From positions 1 through 64,000 of the forward strand of contig JANOTL010000146.1 of the NCBI GenBank assembly GCA_031416315.1: DNA of 64,000 nt, in the 5' to 3' direction. This stretch comes from Pseudomonadota bacterium (GTDB lineage Bacteria; Bdellovibrionota_B; Oligoflexia; Oligoflexales; CAIYRB01). The translations under genes were made by a program, and so were the position numbers. The notes under the pieces were generated by a model, which saw only the letters and a list, made by a program, of their open reading frames with translations, was not told the origin of the DNA and made no database searches. How positions within the stretch are numbered: position 1 is the stretch's first letter; every line of letters begins with the position of its first letter. Shown one piece after another: positions 1-9,509 of the stretch.

Positions 1-33
1 AACGCGACCTCAACTCCAACTGAGAGGCCCCCC

Positions 34-1569
34 ATGTTCACCAAGACCCTCGTGGCAGCTCTTGCCCTCACCGCCTCGATCCCAGCGCTCGCACAAACCT
101 CGGACCTCCTCGCGATCGGCGTCCATGCCTCGATCCTCGAGCAAGCCGTGCAGATCGACTCCCAGAGCTCGACGACGCCAATCGACCGCTACGTCTCAGG
201 CATCTACACGACCGGCATGGCCGTCACGACGGTCAACGTCGCGCAGGGGCTCCTCCCGGTTGACGGCGCCTTTGGCCTGCAGCTCCAGCTCAGCTCCTAC
301 ACGAACACGGCGACCTTCAGCCAGACGCAGCCCCGTCCGACGATCCTCGTCAACTTCAACGCGACGATCGACACTTGGGGCACGACCTTCAAGCAAGTCT
401 ACCTCACGGAGTCCGGCTTCTCGCTCGCGCCGGCGCAATCGACGGCGCAAAGTCAGATCACCTTCCACGACCTGCAGACTTCGAGCTGGGGCCTATTCTG
501 GCGCCTCAAGGACCGCATCGCCTACGAGCAAGCGCAGCAACAGCTGATGGCGCAACGCGCCCAGCAGGAAGCCGAGGCGTCCGCCGAGATCGCCGCGCAG
601 TTGAACCGTAACGTCGACGACCGCACCTGGGCCATGATCGCCCCGCTCGACGCGCTTTACCGCGAGAAGTTCTACGCTCCGATCATCGCCGCAGGCGGTC
701 TCGCCGGCCGCACCCACTTCGCGACCTCGAGCGACCGTTTTACCCTCACCGCCAACGCGAACGCCGCCCCGCTCGCGCTGGTTTCGGCGGCAGTCCCCGT
801 GGAAGCGCGCCTCGGCGACGCGCTCGTCTCCCGTATCGTATCGAGCCGGATCGCTGGCCGCACGATGACCGGCAAGGAGATCTTCCTCGCCGTTGCCCAG
901 GGCGTTGACCCTCAAGAGCTGGGCGACGCCGTCGACCTCGACGGCTTGGCGGCAATCAGCTGGTCGTTCGCCGCGCAGGAGTCGACGAAGATTCGCTTCG
1001 CCAAAGATCGCGTGGAGCTCGACTTCCAACTGCGCACGCTCGGCCGCGGCGCGCAAAAGCTGGAAAACGTCGTCGTTACGGTTCCGGCAGCGCTTGTCGT
1101 CGAAGACGAGACCATCCTTCTGGATCTCGATCAGGAGCTCGCCATCCGGGCATCCGACGGCCGCGCCCTCAGCGAGGACGAGGTCGAGCTAGCCAAGGAG
1201 CTCGTCCGCGCCGTGATCCCGCCCGTGACGCTCGAGCTCAGCGGCCGCAAGGTCGAGCTAGCCAAGATGACCTTGGCGATCGCGGCGCTCGAGGCGAGCA
1301 AGGGCGAGCTGCACCTCACTCTGAAGGCCGTCAAGGCCGGCGGCGCCGGCGTGAGCCCGACGTCCCCGGATTCGCCCAACGCCGCGCCCGTCTCGGAGCT
1401 CGTCGCATGGTGCGCCGCTGCCGGCGGCTCTTGGCGAGCGCCCGGTGCCGACGGGCACGCGAGCTGCGATTGCGGCTCGATGTGGTACCGCGACGACGCC
1501 ATGAGCTACTACGGCGAAGCGGATTTCACCGGCCGCTGCCGCAGTCACAACGGCATCATTGCACCGTGA
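34..1569 (+). CDS. Secreted hypothetical protein with a C-terminal Cys-rich module
   Basis: 511-aa ORF; GAGAGG RBS upstream; signal peptide (…IPALA-Q); C-terminal WCAAAGGSW…SCDCG…C segment after a Pro/Ser linker. Confidence 0.7.
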   Translation: MFTKTLVAALALTASIPALAQTSDLLAIGVHASILEQAVQIDSQSSTTPIDRYVSGIYTTGMAVTTVNVAQGLLPVDGAFGLQLQLSSYTNTATFSQTQPRPTILVNFNATIDTWGTTFKQVYLTESGFSLAPAQSTAQSQITFHDLQTSSWGLFWRLKDRIAYEQAQQQLMAQRAQQEAEASAEIAAQLNRNVDDRTWAMIAPLDALYREKFYAPIIAAGGLAGRTHFATSSDRFTLTANANAAPLALVSAAVPVEARLGDALVSRIVSSRIAGRTMTGKEIFLAVAQGVDPQELGDAVDLDGLAAISWSFAAQESTKIRFAKDRVELDFQLRTLGRGAQKLENVVVTVPAALVVEDETILLDLDQELAIRASDGRALSEDEVELAKELVRAVIPPVTLELSGRKVELAKMTLAIAALEASKGELHLTLKAVKAGGAGVSPTSPDSPNAAPVSELVAWCAAAGGSWRAPGADGHASCDCGSMWYRDDAMSYYGEADFTGRCRSHNGIIAP

Positions 1570-3298
1570 ACGTGCTCCAGTAAGAAGGCGAGCCATTGAA
1601 ACCCTGCGCGTCGCTGAAATCCAACGACTGAAGACCGGACGAGCCGGTCGCGTTCGGATCCAGCGTCGCGCAGACGAGGCCGCTGATGCCGCGGGCGCAG
1701 ATGAGGTTCGCCGCGCCAGTCTTCGCCGCGATGCTGTTGGGGATGAGACGGATCGTCGCCCAGTATGCAGGCGAGATGTGCCAGTTGGCTGCGTCGCCGT
1801 AGACCGACGCCACGTTCACGTAAGACCCAAAGCTCGAGCCGCCGTCCGTGCTCGTGGAGCACAGAAGCCCCGCATGGCCGCGCCCGCAGAACGAGACGCT
1901 ATTGGCTGCGAGACGCACCGTATGGATCGTCGCCCAATACGACGGGTCCGCCTGGAAGCCGGCCGCGTCGGAGAAGGCCGCCGTGCGATACCGGACGTCC
2001 GTGAATCCCGCGCCGTTAGAGACGCCGCAATACATGCCTTCCGAAGCGCGCGCGCAGATGTCGGCCTTGCCGTCGGCGTTCAGATCCGGGTAGTCGATCG
2101 TCGCCCAGTATTGCTTGGCGGAGGCCCAGCCGGCCGCATCGCTGAATCCGGCCGTCCAATACGTCGGCGTTGCGAAGCCGTTGCCGGTCGACAACGCGCA
2201 GACCATGCCCTGCCAGCCGCGACCGCAGATGTCGCCCTTGCCGTCGCCGTTAATGTCCGGGTACGCGATCGTCGCCCAGTAATGCGGCGCCGAGGCCCAG
2301 CCCGACCCATCACCGTACTCGGTAGCCCAGAGCTTGACGTCCGTGAAGGTCGCGCCATTGGAGATGCCGCAGTAGATTCCGTGGCTGCTGCGACCGCAGA
2401 CGTCCTGCTTGCCGTCGCCGTTCAGATCGGGGTAGCGCAGCGTCGACCAGTAGAAGTCGGCAGACGCCCATCCCGCTTGGTCGGAGAATGCAGCCGTCCA
2501 AGGGGTCGGGGTGCCAAAGGTCGCGCCGTTGGAGAGCGCGCACAACATGCCGAAGTTCGCGCGGCCGCAGACGTCCATCTTGCCGTCGCCGTTCAGGTCG
2601 GGAAAAGCCACCGTGGCCCAGTAGTGCGGCGCTGAGCCCCAGCCGGACTGGTCACCGAACTCCGAGGACACGAACTTGCCGGGGTAGAACTCGTTGAGGC
2701 CGTTGCATTTGTGCACCGCGCAGAAGATGCCGCCCGAGCCGCGGCTGCAAGCGTCGAAGCAGCCGTCGCCGCTGAAGTCGGAGGCGCCGTTGCCGGCCGT
2801 GAGGCCGAGGCCGGGGGCGGCGGTCGTGCTGGCTCGCACGCGTTGTTGCGAAAGCTGGCTTAGGACGAACTGCTCCTCGGACAAAGTCGTCAGCGCGGCC
2901 GCGGAGGTGTTCGCGATCGTCGCGTTGCTCGGCGGCTCAGGAGCGACGTCCGGCTCGGTCGTCTTCACCATCGGCTTCGTGAAGCCCGCGGGCGCGCCAG
3001 ACGTGGTCTCCGCCTTCACGACTTCCCCGGAGCCGTCGACGTTTTCAGCCGGAGGCGTCGGCGTCTCCGGAATCGTCGGCAGCGCCGTGGTCGTGCCCGT
3101 GATCCCGGTCGCGCCCGTCGTCGACTTTGCGCCCGTAGCCGACGTCGCGCCCGTTGCTGAGGTCGCCCCGGTTCCTGAGGTCGCGCCCTTGGCGCCCTTG
3201 TCCTTGGAAGAATCCTTGGAGTCGCTCTCGGCCGCCTTGCCGCAGGCCAGGGCGGCCATGAACGCTGCCGGCAGGACGAGCTTCGTGCTCCAGCGCAT
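1556..3298 (-). CDS. Lipoprotein with FG-GAP/VCBS-like beta-propeller repeats
   Basis: AGGAGG RBS; lipobox ALAC; GAT-rich linker; ~57-aa repeats YWxTxxYPDLNGDGKxDxCGR. Confidence 0.85.
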   Translation of the reverse strand: MRWSTKLVLPAAFMAALACGKAAESDSKDSSKDKGAKGATSGTGATSATGATSATGAKSTTGATGITGTTTALPTIPETPTPPAENVDGSGEVVKAETTSGAPAGFTKPMVKTTEPDVAPEPPSNATIANTSAAALTTLSEEQFVLSQLSQQRVRASTTAAPGLGLTAGNGASDFSGDGCFDACSRGSGGIFCAVHKCNGLNEFYPGKFVSSEFGDQSGWGSAPHYWATVAFPDLNGDGKMDVCGRANFGMLCALSNGATFGTPTPWTAAFSDQAGWASADFYWSTLRYPDLNGDGKQDVCGRSSHGIYCGISNGATFTDVKLWATEYGDGSGWASAPHYWATIAYPDINGDGKGDICGRGWQGMVCALSTGNGFATPTYWTAGFSDAAGWASAKQYWATIDYPDLNADGKADICARASEGMYCGVSNGAGFTDVRYRTAAFSDAAGFQADPSYWATIHTVRLAANSVSFCGRGHAGLLCSTSTDGGSSFGSYVNVASVYGDAANWHISPAYWATIRLIPNSIAAKTGAANLICARGISGLVCATLDPNATGSSGLQSLDFSDAQGFNGSPSYWSTFTVQ

Positions 3299-3414
3299 AC
3301 CATCCTCCTTGGATTATGCTTATTTTATCGCCTGATTCCGGCCCGACTTGAGGGGGACTGGACTCCCTGCCGCCCGCCTGATACAAGACCGCGGAATCTT
3401 GGAGTCTTCGCTCT

Positions 3415-4572
3415 ATGACAACTCAGGAAGTCGCGATCGCGCGCGTTCTCAAAGCCATTGATGCCATTCGGGATTCGAATGGTACGGCCGCCGCCGGCAT
3501 GGTCATCATGGTCGACGACGAGGACCGCGAGAACGAGGGAGACCTCGTGTTCGCCGCGACCAACGTCACGCCGGAGAAGATCAACTTCATGACGAAGGAG
3601 GCTCGCGGCTTGATCTGCCTGAGCCTCGATGCCCCTGGCATCGACCGTCTGAAGCTCCCGATGATGGAAGACACGACCAAGCGCGGCAGCGGCAAGTCGA
3701 CGGCCTTCACGGTCTCGATCGAAGCCCGCGAAGGCGTCACGACCGGCATCTCCGCCGCCGACCGCGCCCACACCGTGCGCGTCGCCGTCGACCCCCTGAG
3801 CGGCCCTGACGACATCGTCGTGCCCGGCCACATCTTCCCGCTGAAAGCCCGCACCGGCGGCGTCCTTCAACGCGCCGGCCACACCGAAGGCTCGGTCGAC
3901 CTCGCGCGTCTTGCCGGCCTCACGCCCGCCGCTGTGATCTGCGAGATCATGAACGACGACGGCACGATGGCCCGGATGCCGGACCTCGAGCGCTTCGGCG
4001 CCAAGCATAAGATCCCGATCGTCACGATCGCCGACCTCGTGACCTACCGCCTGCACCGCGAATCGCTGATCGAAGCCCAGCACGAAGCCCCGGTGAAGAC
4101 GGACCATGGCACCTTTCGCGCCTTCGTTTTCCGCAGCCAGATCGACGGCCGCGACCACCTCGCCTTCGTCAAGGGCAACGACTTCGAGCACAAGATCGTG
4201 GACGTCCGCGTCCATCGCCAGCGCCAGCTCGTCGACGTCTTCGCCCACTCGAAGGAGGGCGCGCGCCGGCTCCTCGACTACGGTATGCGCATGCTCGCGG
4301 ACTCGGACTCCGGCGCGTTTCTCTATCTCTTTCCCTCGGACGGACCGACCGACATCGAAGCGGACTTTCAGGCGCTCGCCGGTCAACCCAGCGCCCACGA
4401 CAAGGCCCGCCCGTGGGTCGAGATGGACCCGCGTATGCTCGGCATCGGCGCGCAGATCCTCCGCCACCTCGGCGTGCGCAAGATGCGCGTCCACATGACC
4501 AACCCGCGCCCGCTGAAGAGCCTGGCCGGATTCGGTCTGGACGTCGTCGATACGATCGAGATCAAAAACTAG
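3415..4572 (+). CDS. ribB: 3,4-dihydroxy-2-butanone-4-phosphate synthase fused to a degenerate GTP cyclohydrolase II-like domain (RibBX type)
   Basis: [36 protein letters not shown] and RAGHTE motifs; C-terminal domain has GIGAQIL…TN but lacks the RibA Cys cluster. Confidence 0.93.
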   Translation: MTTQEVAIARVLKAIDAIRDSNGTAAAGMVIMVDDEDRENEGDLVFAATNVTPEKINFMTKEARGLICLSLDAPGIDRLKLPMMEDTTKRGSGKSTAFTVSIEAREGVTTGISAADRAHTVRVAVDPLSGPDDIVVPGHIFPLKARTGGVLQRAGHTEGSVDLARLAGLTPAAVICEIMNDDGTMARMPDLERFGAKHKIPIVTIADLVTYRLHRESLIEAQHEAPVKTDHGTFRAFVFRSQIDGRDHLAFVKGNDFEHKIVDVRVHRQRQLVDVFAHSKEGARRLLDYGMRMLADSDSGAFLYLFPSDGPTDIEADFQALAGQPSAHDKARPWVEMDPRMLGIGAQILRHLGVRKMRVHMTNPRPLKSLAGFGLDVVDTIEIKN

Positions 4573-4611
4573 ACCCCGACACCGCCATCACGCTACCAGC
4601 GAGGAGCCCCC

Positions 4612-5055
4612 ATGCCCGCCCGCTATCTGATCGTCGCGAGCCGTTTCAACGACTTCGTCACCAAGGCTCTGCTCTCGGGCGCCCAGGAGACCTTCGCCGA
4701 ATCTGGCGTCCGCGACGTCGAAGTCCTTTGGGTCCCCGGCTGCTTCGAGCTGCCCACGGTCGCCGCTCAGGCCGCCCGTTCCAAGCGCTTCGCCGCCGTC
4801 GTCTGCCTCGGCGCCGTCATTCGCGGCGAGACCCCGCACTTCGACTACGTCGCAGGCGAGTGCGCTCGCGGCATCATGCGGGCCGGCCTCGACACCGGCA
4901 CGCCGGTGATCTTCGGCGTCCTGACGACCGATACGACGGAGCAAGCGCTCTCCCGCTGCGGCATCAAGGGCGGCAACAACGGCTCTCATGCAGCCCACGC
5001 GGCGCTCGCCATGGCCAAGACCATGTCGCGCCTCGAGGAGCTCACCAAATCGTGA
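4612..5055 (+). CDS. ribH: 6,7-dimethyl-8-ribityllumazine synthase
   Basis: SRFN, VPGCFELP, LGAVIRGETPHFDYV and FGVLTT motifs; GAGGAG RBS. Confidence 0.96.
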   Translation: MPARYLIVASRFNDFVTKALLSGAQETFAESGVRDVEVLWVPGCFELPTVAAQAARSKRFAAVVCLGAVIRGETPHFDYVAGECARGIMRAGLDTGTPVIFGVLTTDTTEQALSRCGIKGGNNGSHAAHAALAMAKTMSRLEELTKS

Positions 5056-5495
5056 ACGCCGCCATTCCAGAGAAGAGCGCCGTCGAGAAGAACCCCCGCA
5101 CGATCGCGCGCGAGTTCGTCGTCCAGTTCCTTTACCAGTGCGAATCCGAAAAGCTGATGCACTTCTCGGAGAGTCACTTTACCCAATTCGTGCAACATTT
5201 CCAGGTGCCTAGCCAGGTCGTCGCCATGGCCCGCGAGCTCGCGCGCGGCACCCTCGAGAAGCTCCCGGAGATCGACGCGAAGATTCAGGCCGTCGCGGTG
5301 AACTGGAAGATCTCGCGCATGAGCGTCGTCGACCGCACCGTGCTCCGCCTGGCGAGCTACGAGCTCCTTGAATCCGAGACCCCGTCTAAGGTAGTCTTGA
5401 ACGAAGCAATCGAATTAGCCAAGAAATACGGGGCGGAAGAGTCGAGCAAGTTCGTCAACGGACTCCTCGACAAGATCGCCCATACGATCAGGTAG
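5052..5495 (+). CDS. nusB: Transcription antitermination factor NusB
   Basis: GTG start overlaps the ribH stop (GTGA); AREFVVQFLYQ, VDRTVLRLA, VVLNEAIELAKKYG and FVNGLLD; usual ribH-nusB order. Confidence 0.93.
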   Translation: MNAAIPEKSAVEKNPRTIAREFVVQFLYQCESEKLMHFSESHFTQFVQHFQVPSQVVAMARELARGTLEKLPEIDAKIQAVAVNWKISRMSVVDRTVLRLASYELLESETPSKVVLNEAIELAKKYGAEESSKFVNGLLDKIAHTIR

Positions 5496-5500
5496 CACCC

Positions 5501-6100
5501 ATGAAGCCGACGAGCGAAGGGACCGAATACAGCTCGTTGGCGGTCGCGACCATGCGTCCCGGCCAAGATCCGTTGTCCATTCAGCCGATCGAGATCCGTC
5601 TCGTTCCGAGTGACGTCGGCATTCCGTGCAACTTCTGGATCGGGCTCACCGTCCGCGGCCCCGAGACGCCGACCCGCCTGATGGACTTCAAAGACGTCGG
5701 CGCGCTTTTCGGCGAGGCCGCCAGCCGGGGCGTCAACGAGCCCGGTCCGCTGATCCTCTCGGACACGAGCACGAAACCTCCGCGCTTCGTCTACCTCCTG
5801 CCGATCCCGACCTCCGACCCGAAAGAGCGCGAAGCCTGGACCCTACAGATCCTGTCGACGGTCAGCGCCTGGGCCCCGCCCGCAGTGGGTTTCTACATCG
5901 CCCCGGAGCTGATGACGACCCAGGCAGCCCAGGACCTCCTGCGCTCGGTGCTCACGCGCCTCATCGACACCGACTCAGGCTGCCCCGAGGAGATCTATCT
6001 CCTCATCGGCACCTACGGTCTCAATGCGTTGCTGAACGTGGTTTTGCAGCTCAAAGGCGAGCTCGAGACCGAGACGCGCAAGCTCTTCGTCCACCACTGA
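5501..6100 (+). CDS. Hypothetical cytoplasmic protein, co-oriented directly after nusB
   Basis: 199-aa ORF starting 5 bp after nusB; host-like GC3 codon usage. Confidence 0.65.
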   Translation: MKPTSEGTEYSSLAVATMRPGQDPLSIQPIEIRLVPSDVGIPCNFWIGLTVRGPETPTRLMDFKDVGALFGEAASRGVNEPGPLILSDTSTKPPRFVYLLPIPTSDPKEREAWTLQILSTVSAWAPPAVGFYIAPELMTTQAAQDLLRSVLTRLIDTDSGCPEEIYLLIGTYGLNALLNVVLQLKGELETETRKLFVHH

Positions 6101-6114
6101 TTCTGGCCTAGGGC

Positions 6115-6300
6115 TTAGTTGGGCAAGCCTGCATCGCAGGTGTCGACGAACAGCTCAAAGACCGCTTGCGGCAGCGGCTCGCTCGCCTTCGTCTCGCGCT
6201 CGTCGCCACTTTGGCGGACGTGCGAGATCGGCTCGAAGTGCACGGCGAACTCGTGGTCGCCGACGTTTTCGATCACGGCTTTTTGGAACGTACGGTTCAT
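6115..6300 (-). CDS. Small hypothetical protein (61 aa)
   Basis: GGAGGT RBS shortly before the ATG at 6300. Confidence 0.5.
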   Translation of the reverse strand: MNRTFQKAVIENVGDHEFAVHFEPISHVRQSGDERETKASEPLPQAVFELFVDTCDAGLPN

Positions 6301-6564
6301 AAGGACCTCCCTTGACACGGCGTCAGGATGCCATAGGAGGGGCTTGATGGGAAGGGAGCCGGGGTGGCTTTTGTGATTTCAACGACTTAGAAGCGAGCCA
6401 GTCAAACGGAGCATGCTTTTCGAGCTGCTCCCGCGCTCATCACGCTTGCAACTGTCGCAGCGTATGGCAGTCACAAGCACCCGAAAATAGAGCCGTTTGA
6501 CCGCATTTGCTCAACTTCTGCGCGCACTTGGCGATGAGCTGGAAGCCTAAATCGGGAGCTTCCA

Positions 6565-8388
6565 ATGCAGTCGTTCTTCAAAGGAATCATCGTCGTCGCC
6601 ACCGCTTGCACCGCAGCGAGCTGCGAGAAACAGAACGACGCAAGCGCGGAGAAGCCTTCCGCCACGTCAACGACTCCCGCGACTGGCGCGACTGGCGCGA
6701 CCGGTACAACAGGCGCTAGCGGCAAGTCCGGGACCGAAACGCCGGCGGCGAGCGTCGGAACTCTGGGCTTCACGAGCGAGCTCTCGGCCTCCTTTCCCGA
6801 GGGCCTAACCGTCACAGCGTTTCCACAGGCGGTCGACCCGACGCCCGGCGTTGCCGCGATCGGCACCATCGGCGTCTCGGCGCTCGCGCTCATTGAAGTG
6901 TGCCCGCCGCCACCGCAACCCTTGACGCCCGGCTGCACCGCGCCCCTAGGAGGCAAGGTCGATGGCCAGGTCGTCGGCCCCGTTGGGCCGCTCAACCCCG
7001 ACGGTCCCATGGGTACCGGCGGCGCTGGCACGCTCCCGAACGCCGACGTCTCGTCGACCAATCAACACGTGAAGGACAAACTGAAGAATGCTGGGGAGCG
7101 TCTCAACGGCAACGCCGACGAATGTTTCGACGCCGGCGCCATCTCGTCGCTCGACCGCCAACACAACGTCGCCGACGGCTGCTTCGGCTTCGACTACGGC
7201 ATCGTGTCCGGCACGGCTCTCGGCGATGTCGATCCGGGCCGCCTCAATCCGACCTTGAGCAATGTGACCGACCAGTCGTTAGCCGGGGTCCGCAGCGCCA
7301 TTTTGAAGGTCGAAGGCCGCGTCGCAGACGCGGGTAACGAGGCTTGTATGGTGAAAACCGGTCGACAGATGGTCGCGCAAGCGTCGGCGCGGGTCGAGAG
7401 CGTCTTGAAGATCTTCGAGGGTATGCTTTGCCAGGCGAAGAAGAGCAAAATCGCCACTGCACTGCCGGAGGCCGGCGCAGCGCTCGACTTGAAGGCGGCA
7501 TTCGCGAAGTTTACAGCCGCCACGTTCTCCGAGGCGTCGATCACGCGCCTTGCCGATCGCGAGGGGCGCGCGGTCTATCGCTCGCGCCTGGCGTTCACGC
7601 GCCAAGGGATGAATCGCATCGAGCCGATGACCGTAACGCTCGTGCACTCCCCGGGCGCCGAAGGCAACACCGCCTACGACGGCGTCTTGTGGACCGAGGG
7701 GGAGCGCATAGACGACCAAAATGGCGCGACTTATGCCGTGCTGACCAACATCTCCTATGAGCGCACCGGCAAGGAGCTGGCCGATCAGCGCCTGCGTATG
7801 GAGATCCGCAACGGGGAGTTCAATACGTCCAAGGTCAAGGCCGAGCTCATCGGCAAAGATGGCAAGATCGACCTCAACGCCGGCGCGGGCGCCGACGGCA
7901 GTTTCGGACCAGGCGAGGCCAACGACTACCTAGAAGGCGCTCGCTACTTCGCCTTCGACGTTAACCCTTCGACGTACGCCGGAAAGATCAGCTTCTGGAC
8001 CAATCCGGGCGGCAACTATAATGAGCCGGCACGTGGATTTCTATTCGAGTCGGCGCAGAATGCCGACGGCACCCTTACCGGTTGCGCTTACGCCGGCGCC
8101 TACCGCGAAGGCAGCATCCGCAAAGCCGTGCGGGAGGGCAAAAGCCTCGAGCCGACCGGCTGCTTCACGCCACAGCTCTCGTACGGCGCTTGCGGTAGCA
8201 ACGGAGACAACCAGGGCTCGCAGATCTGGAAGCAATGCTTCAAGCAGCAGGGCGACGGCTATTACGTCGTCGACACGAGCAACGTCGCGTCGGCCGACGG
8301 CTTCGACGTCATCGACCTAAAGACGGAGAAGCCGGCGCTGCCAATCGCCGACGCGATCGATACCGGTGTGGGTACGGTTGCGGACTAG
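6565..8388 (+). CDS. Hypothetical lipoprotein with a low-complexity tether and multiple Cys
   Basis: GGGAG RBS; signal peptide with AASC lipobox; ATGATGATGTTG linker; followed by a hairpin. Confidence 0.8.
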   Translation: MQSFFKGIIVVATACTAASCEKQNDASAEKPSATSTTPATGATGATGTTGASGKSGTETPAASVGTLGFTSELSASFPEGLTVTAFPQAVDPTPGVAAIGTIGVSALALIEVCPPPPQPLTPGCTAPLGGKVDGQVVGPVGPLNPDGPMGTGGAGTLPNADVSSTNQHVKDKLKNAGERLNGNADECFDAGAISSLDRQHNVADGCFGFDYGIVSGTALGDVDPGRLNPTLSNVTDQSLAGVRSAILKVEGRVADAGNEACMVKTGRQMVAQASARVESVLKIFEGMLCQAKKSKIATALPEAGAALDLKAAFAKFTAATFSEASITRLADREGRAVYRSRLAFTRQGMNRIEPMTVTLVHSPGAEGNTAYDGVLWTEGERIDDQNGATYAVLTNISYERTGKELADQRLRMEIRNGEFNTSKVKAELIGKDGKIDLNAGAGADGSFGPGEANDYLEGARYFAFDVNPSTYAGKISFWTNPGGNYNEPARGFLFESAQNADGTLTGCAYAGAYREGSIRKAVREGKSLEPTGCFTPQLSYGACGSNGDNQGSQIWKQCFKQQGDGYYVVDTSNVASADGFDVIDLKTEKPALPIADAIDTGVGTVAD

Positions 8389-8420
8389 CAGCGCGCGTTT
8401 CGCCGATACACGGAAGAACG

Positions 8421-8458
8421 AGACGCCGCTCCCGAACCGTCGGGGCGGCGTCTTTGTT
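8421..8458. terminator. Probable (bidirectional) intrinsic terminator
   Basis: AGACGCCGCTCCCGA-ACCG-TCGGGGCGGCGTCT followed by TTGTT; lies between convergent genes. Confidence 0.7.
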
Positions 8459-8468
8459 GCTGGCCTAG

Positions 8469-9509
8469 TCAATAGATCAACTTATAGATCCGCAGCGACT
8501 GCCGCGTCGTCAACATCAGCTTCGACCCGTCGCGCGACACACTCGCGCCGGCGACCACCTCGAAGCCGTCGGCGGCGTTCAAGACGACGGTCTGCAACAC
8601 AGTGCCAGTCGCAATGTCCCAGAGCTTCATCTCCGTTCGCCCCGCCGTGTTCTCCCCGGCGGAGACGACGCAGCAGAGATCCGGCGTGAAGGCGACCGCC
8701 GTGACGTGCGACGGATGCGGTCCGACGCGCTGCACGATCTGCCGCGTCGCGACGTCGATCAGGATCGCATCGGTTCCGGCGCCGGCGGCGATGTACCTGG
8801 AATCGGGCGAGAAGACGTACGTCTCGCCGGCATTCCACCAGCGCGCGTCATAGCTCCAGACGAGAGCTCCGGACTCCAAGTTCCACAGATGCAGATCGCT
8901 GCCGACAGACCCGTAGAGAAAGCGGCCGTCGGGCGAGAAGCTGATCGCGTACACCGCGCCGCCAGCGCTCTCCAGCGTGCGCTCGAGCCGCAACGTCGTC
9001 GCATCGAAGAGACGCACCTTGCCGTCGTCGTAGCTGCCGAGCGCAATGAAGCGTCCGTCCGGGGACCAGTTGAGCGAATCGAGCCAGCCGTCCGCGTCGG
9101 CGAGCGCGATCTCGCGCAGGAGCGAGCCGTCGGTCATCGAGAGGAGCCGCAACTTGCCGGAGCCCTCCTCGAAGCCGGAGCCATGCGCCACGACCCGACC
9201 ATTCGGCGAGATCAGCGCCTTCGAGATCTCCATCCGATGCCCGAAACGGTAATTCCAATGCGGACGGATCGACGGCAGATCCAGGTAGGTCACGTCGCCG
9301 CCCGCGGCGACGACGGCGGCGTCGGGCGACTCGGGGTCGAAGCTCGCGGCCCAGATCTGGGCGCCGGAGTCGATCCTATGCACGCTGTCGAGCTCGATGC
9401 GGACGGTCGGCAGCTCGGGGTCGTCATTCAGCTGAGCCAAGGGCTCGGAGCGGGGGCCGCAGGCCGTCACGACGAGGGAGAACGTGAAGAAGAGAACGAG
9501 GGACTTCAT
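8469..9509 (-). CDS. WD40-repeat lipoprotein
   Basis: ATG at 9509 overlaps the upstream stop (ATGA); VTAC lipobox; repeated FSPDG…V.LWD motifs. Confidence 0.85.
   Translation of the reverse strand: MKSLVLFFTFSLVVTACGPRSEPLAQLNDDPELPTVRIELDSVHRIDSGAQIWAASFDPESPDAAVVAAGGDVTYLDLPSIRPHWNYRFGHRMEISKALISPNGRVVAHGSGFEEGSGKLRLLSMTDGSLLREIALADADGWLDSLNWSPDGRFIALGSYDDGKVRLFDATTLRLERTLESAGGAVYAISFSPDGRFLYGSVGSDLHLWNLESGALVWSYDARWWNAGETYVFSPDSRYIAAGAGTDAILIDVATRQIVQRVGPHPSHVTAVAFTPDLCCVVSAGENTAGRTEMKLWDIATGTVLQTVVLNAADGFEVVAGASVSRDGSKLMLTTRQSLRIYKLIY

Noticed and set aside
3299..3414. FMN riboswitch upstream of ribB
   Set aside because: Only 116 bp shared with a divergent gene, and no RFN-like conserved blocks are visible.
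4413..5051. Long N-terminal extension of the nusB ORF (360 aa in the track)
   Set aside because: It is an off-frame read-through of ribB/ribH; the GTG at 5052 gives a normal NusB. The same logic trimmed the track ORFs 8469-10088, 11145-12296, 25982-27238, 35097-36602 and 63092-63961.
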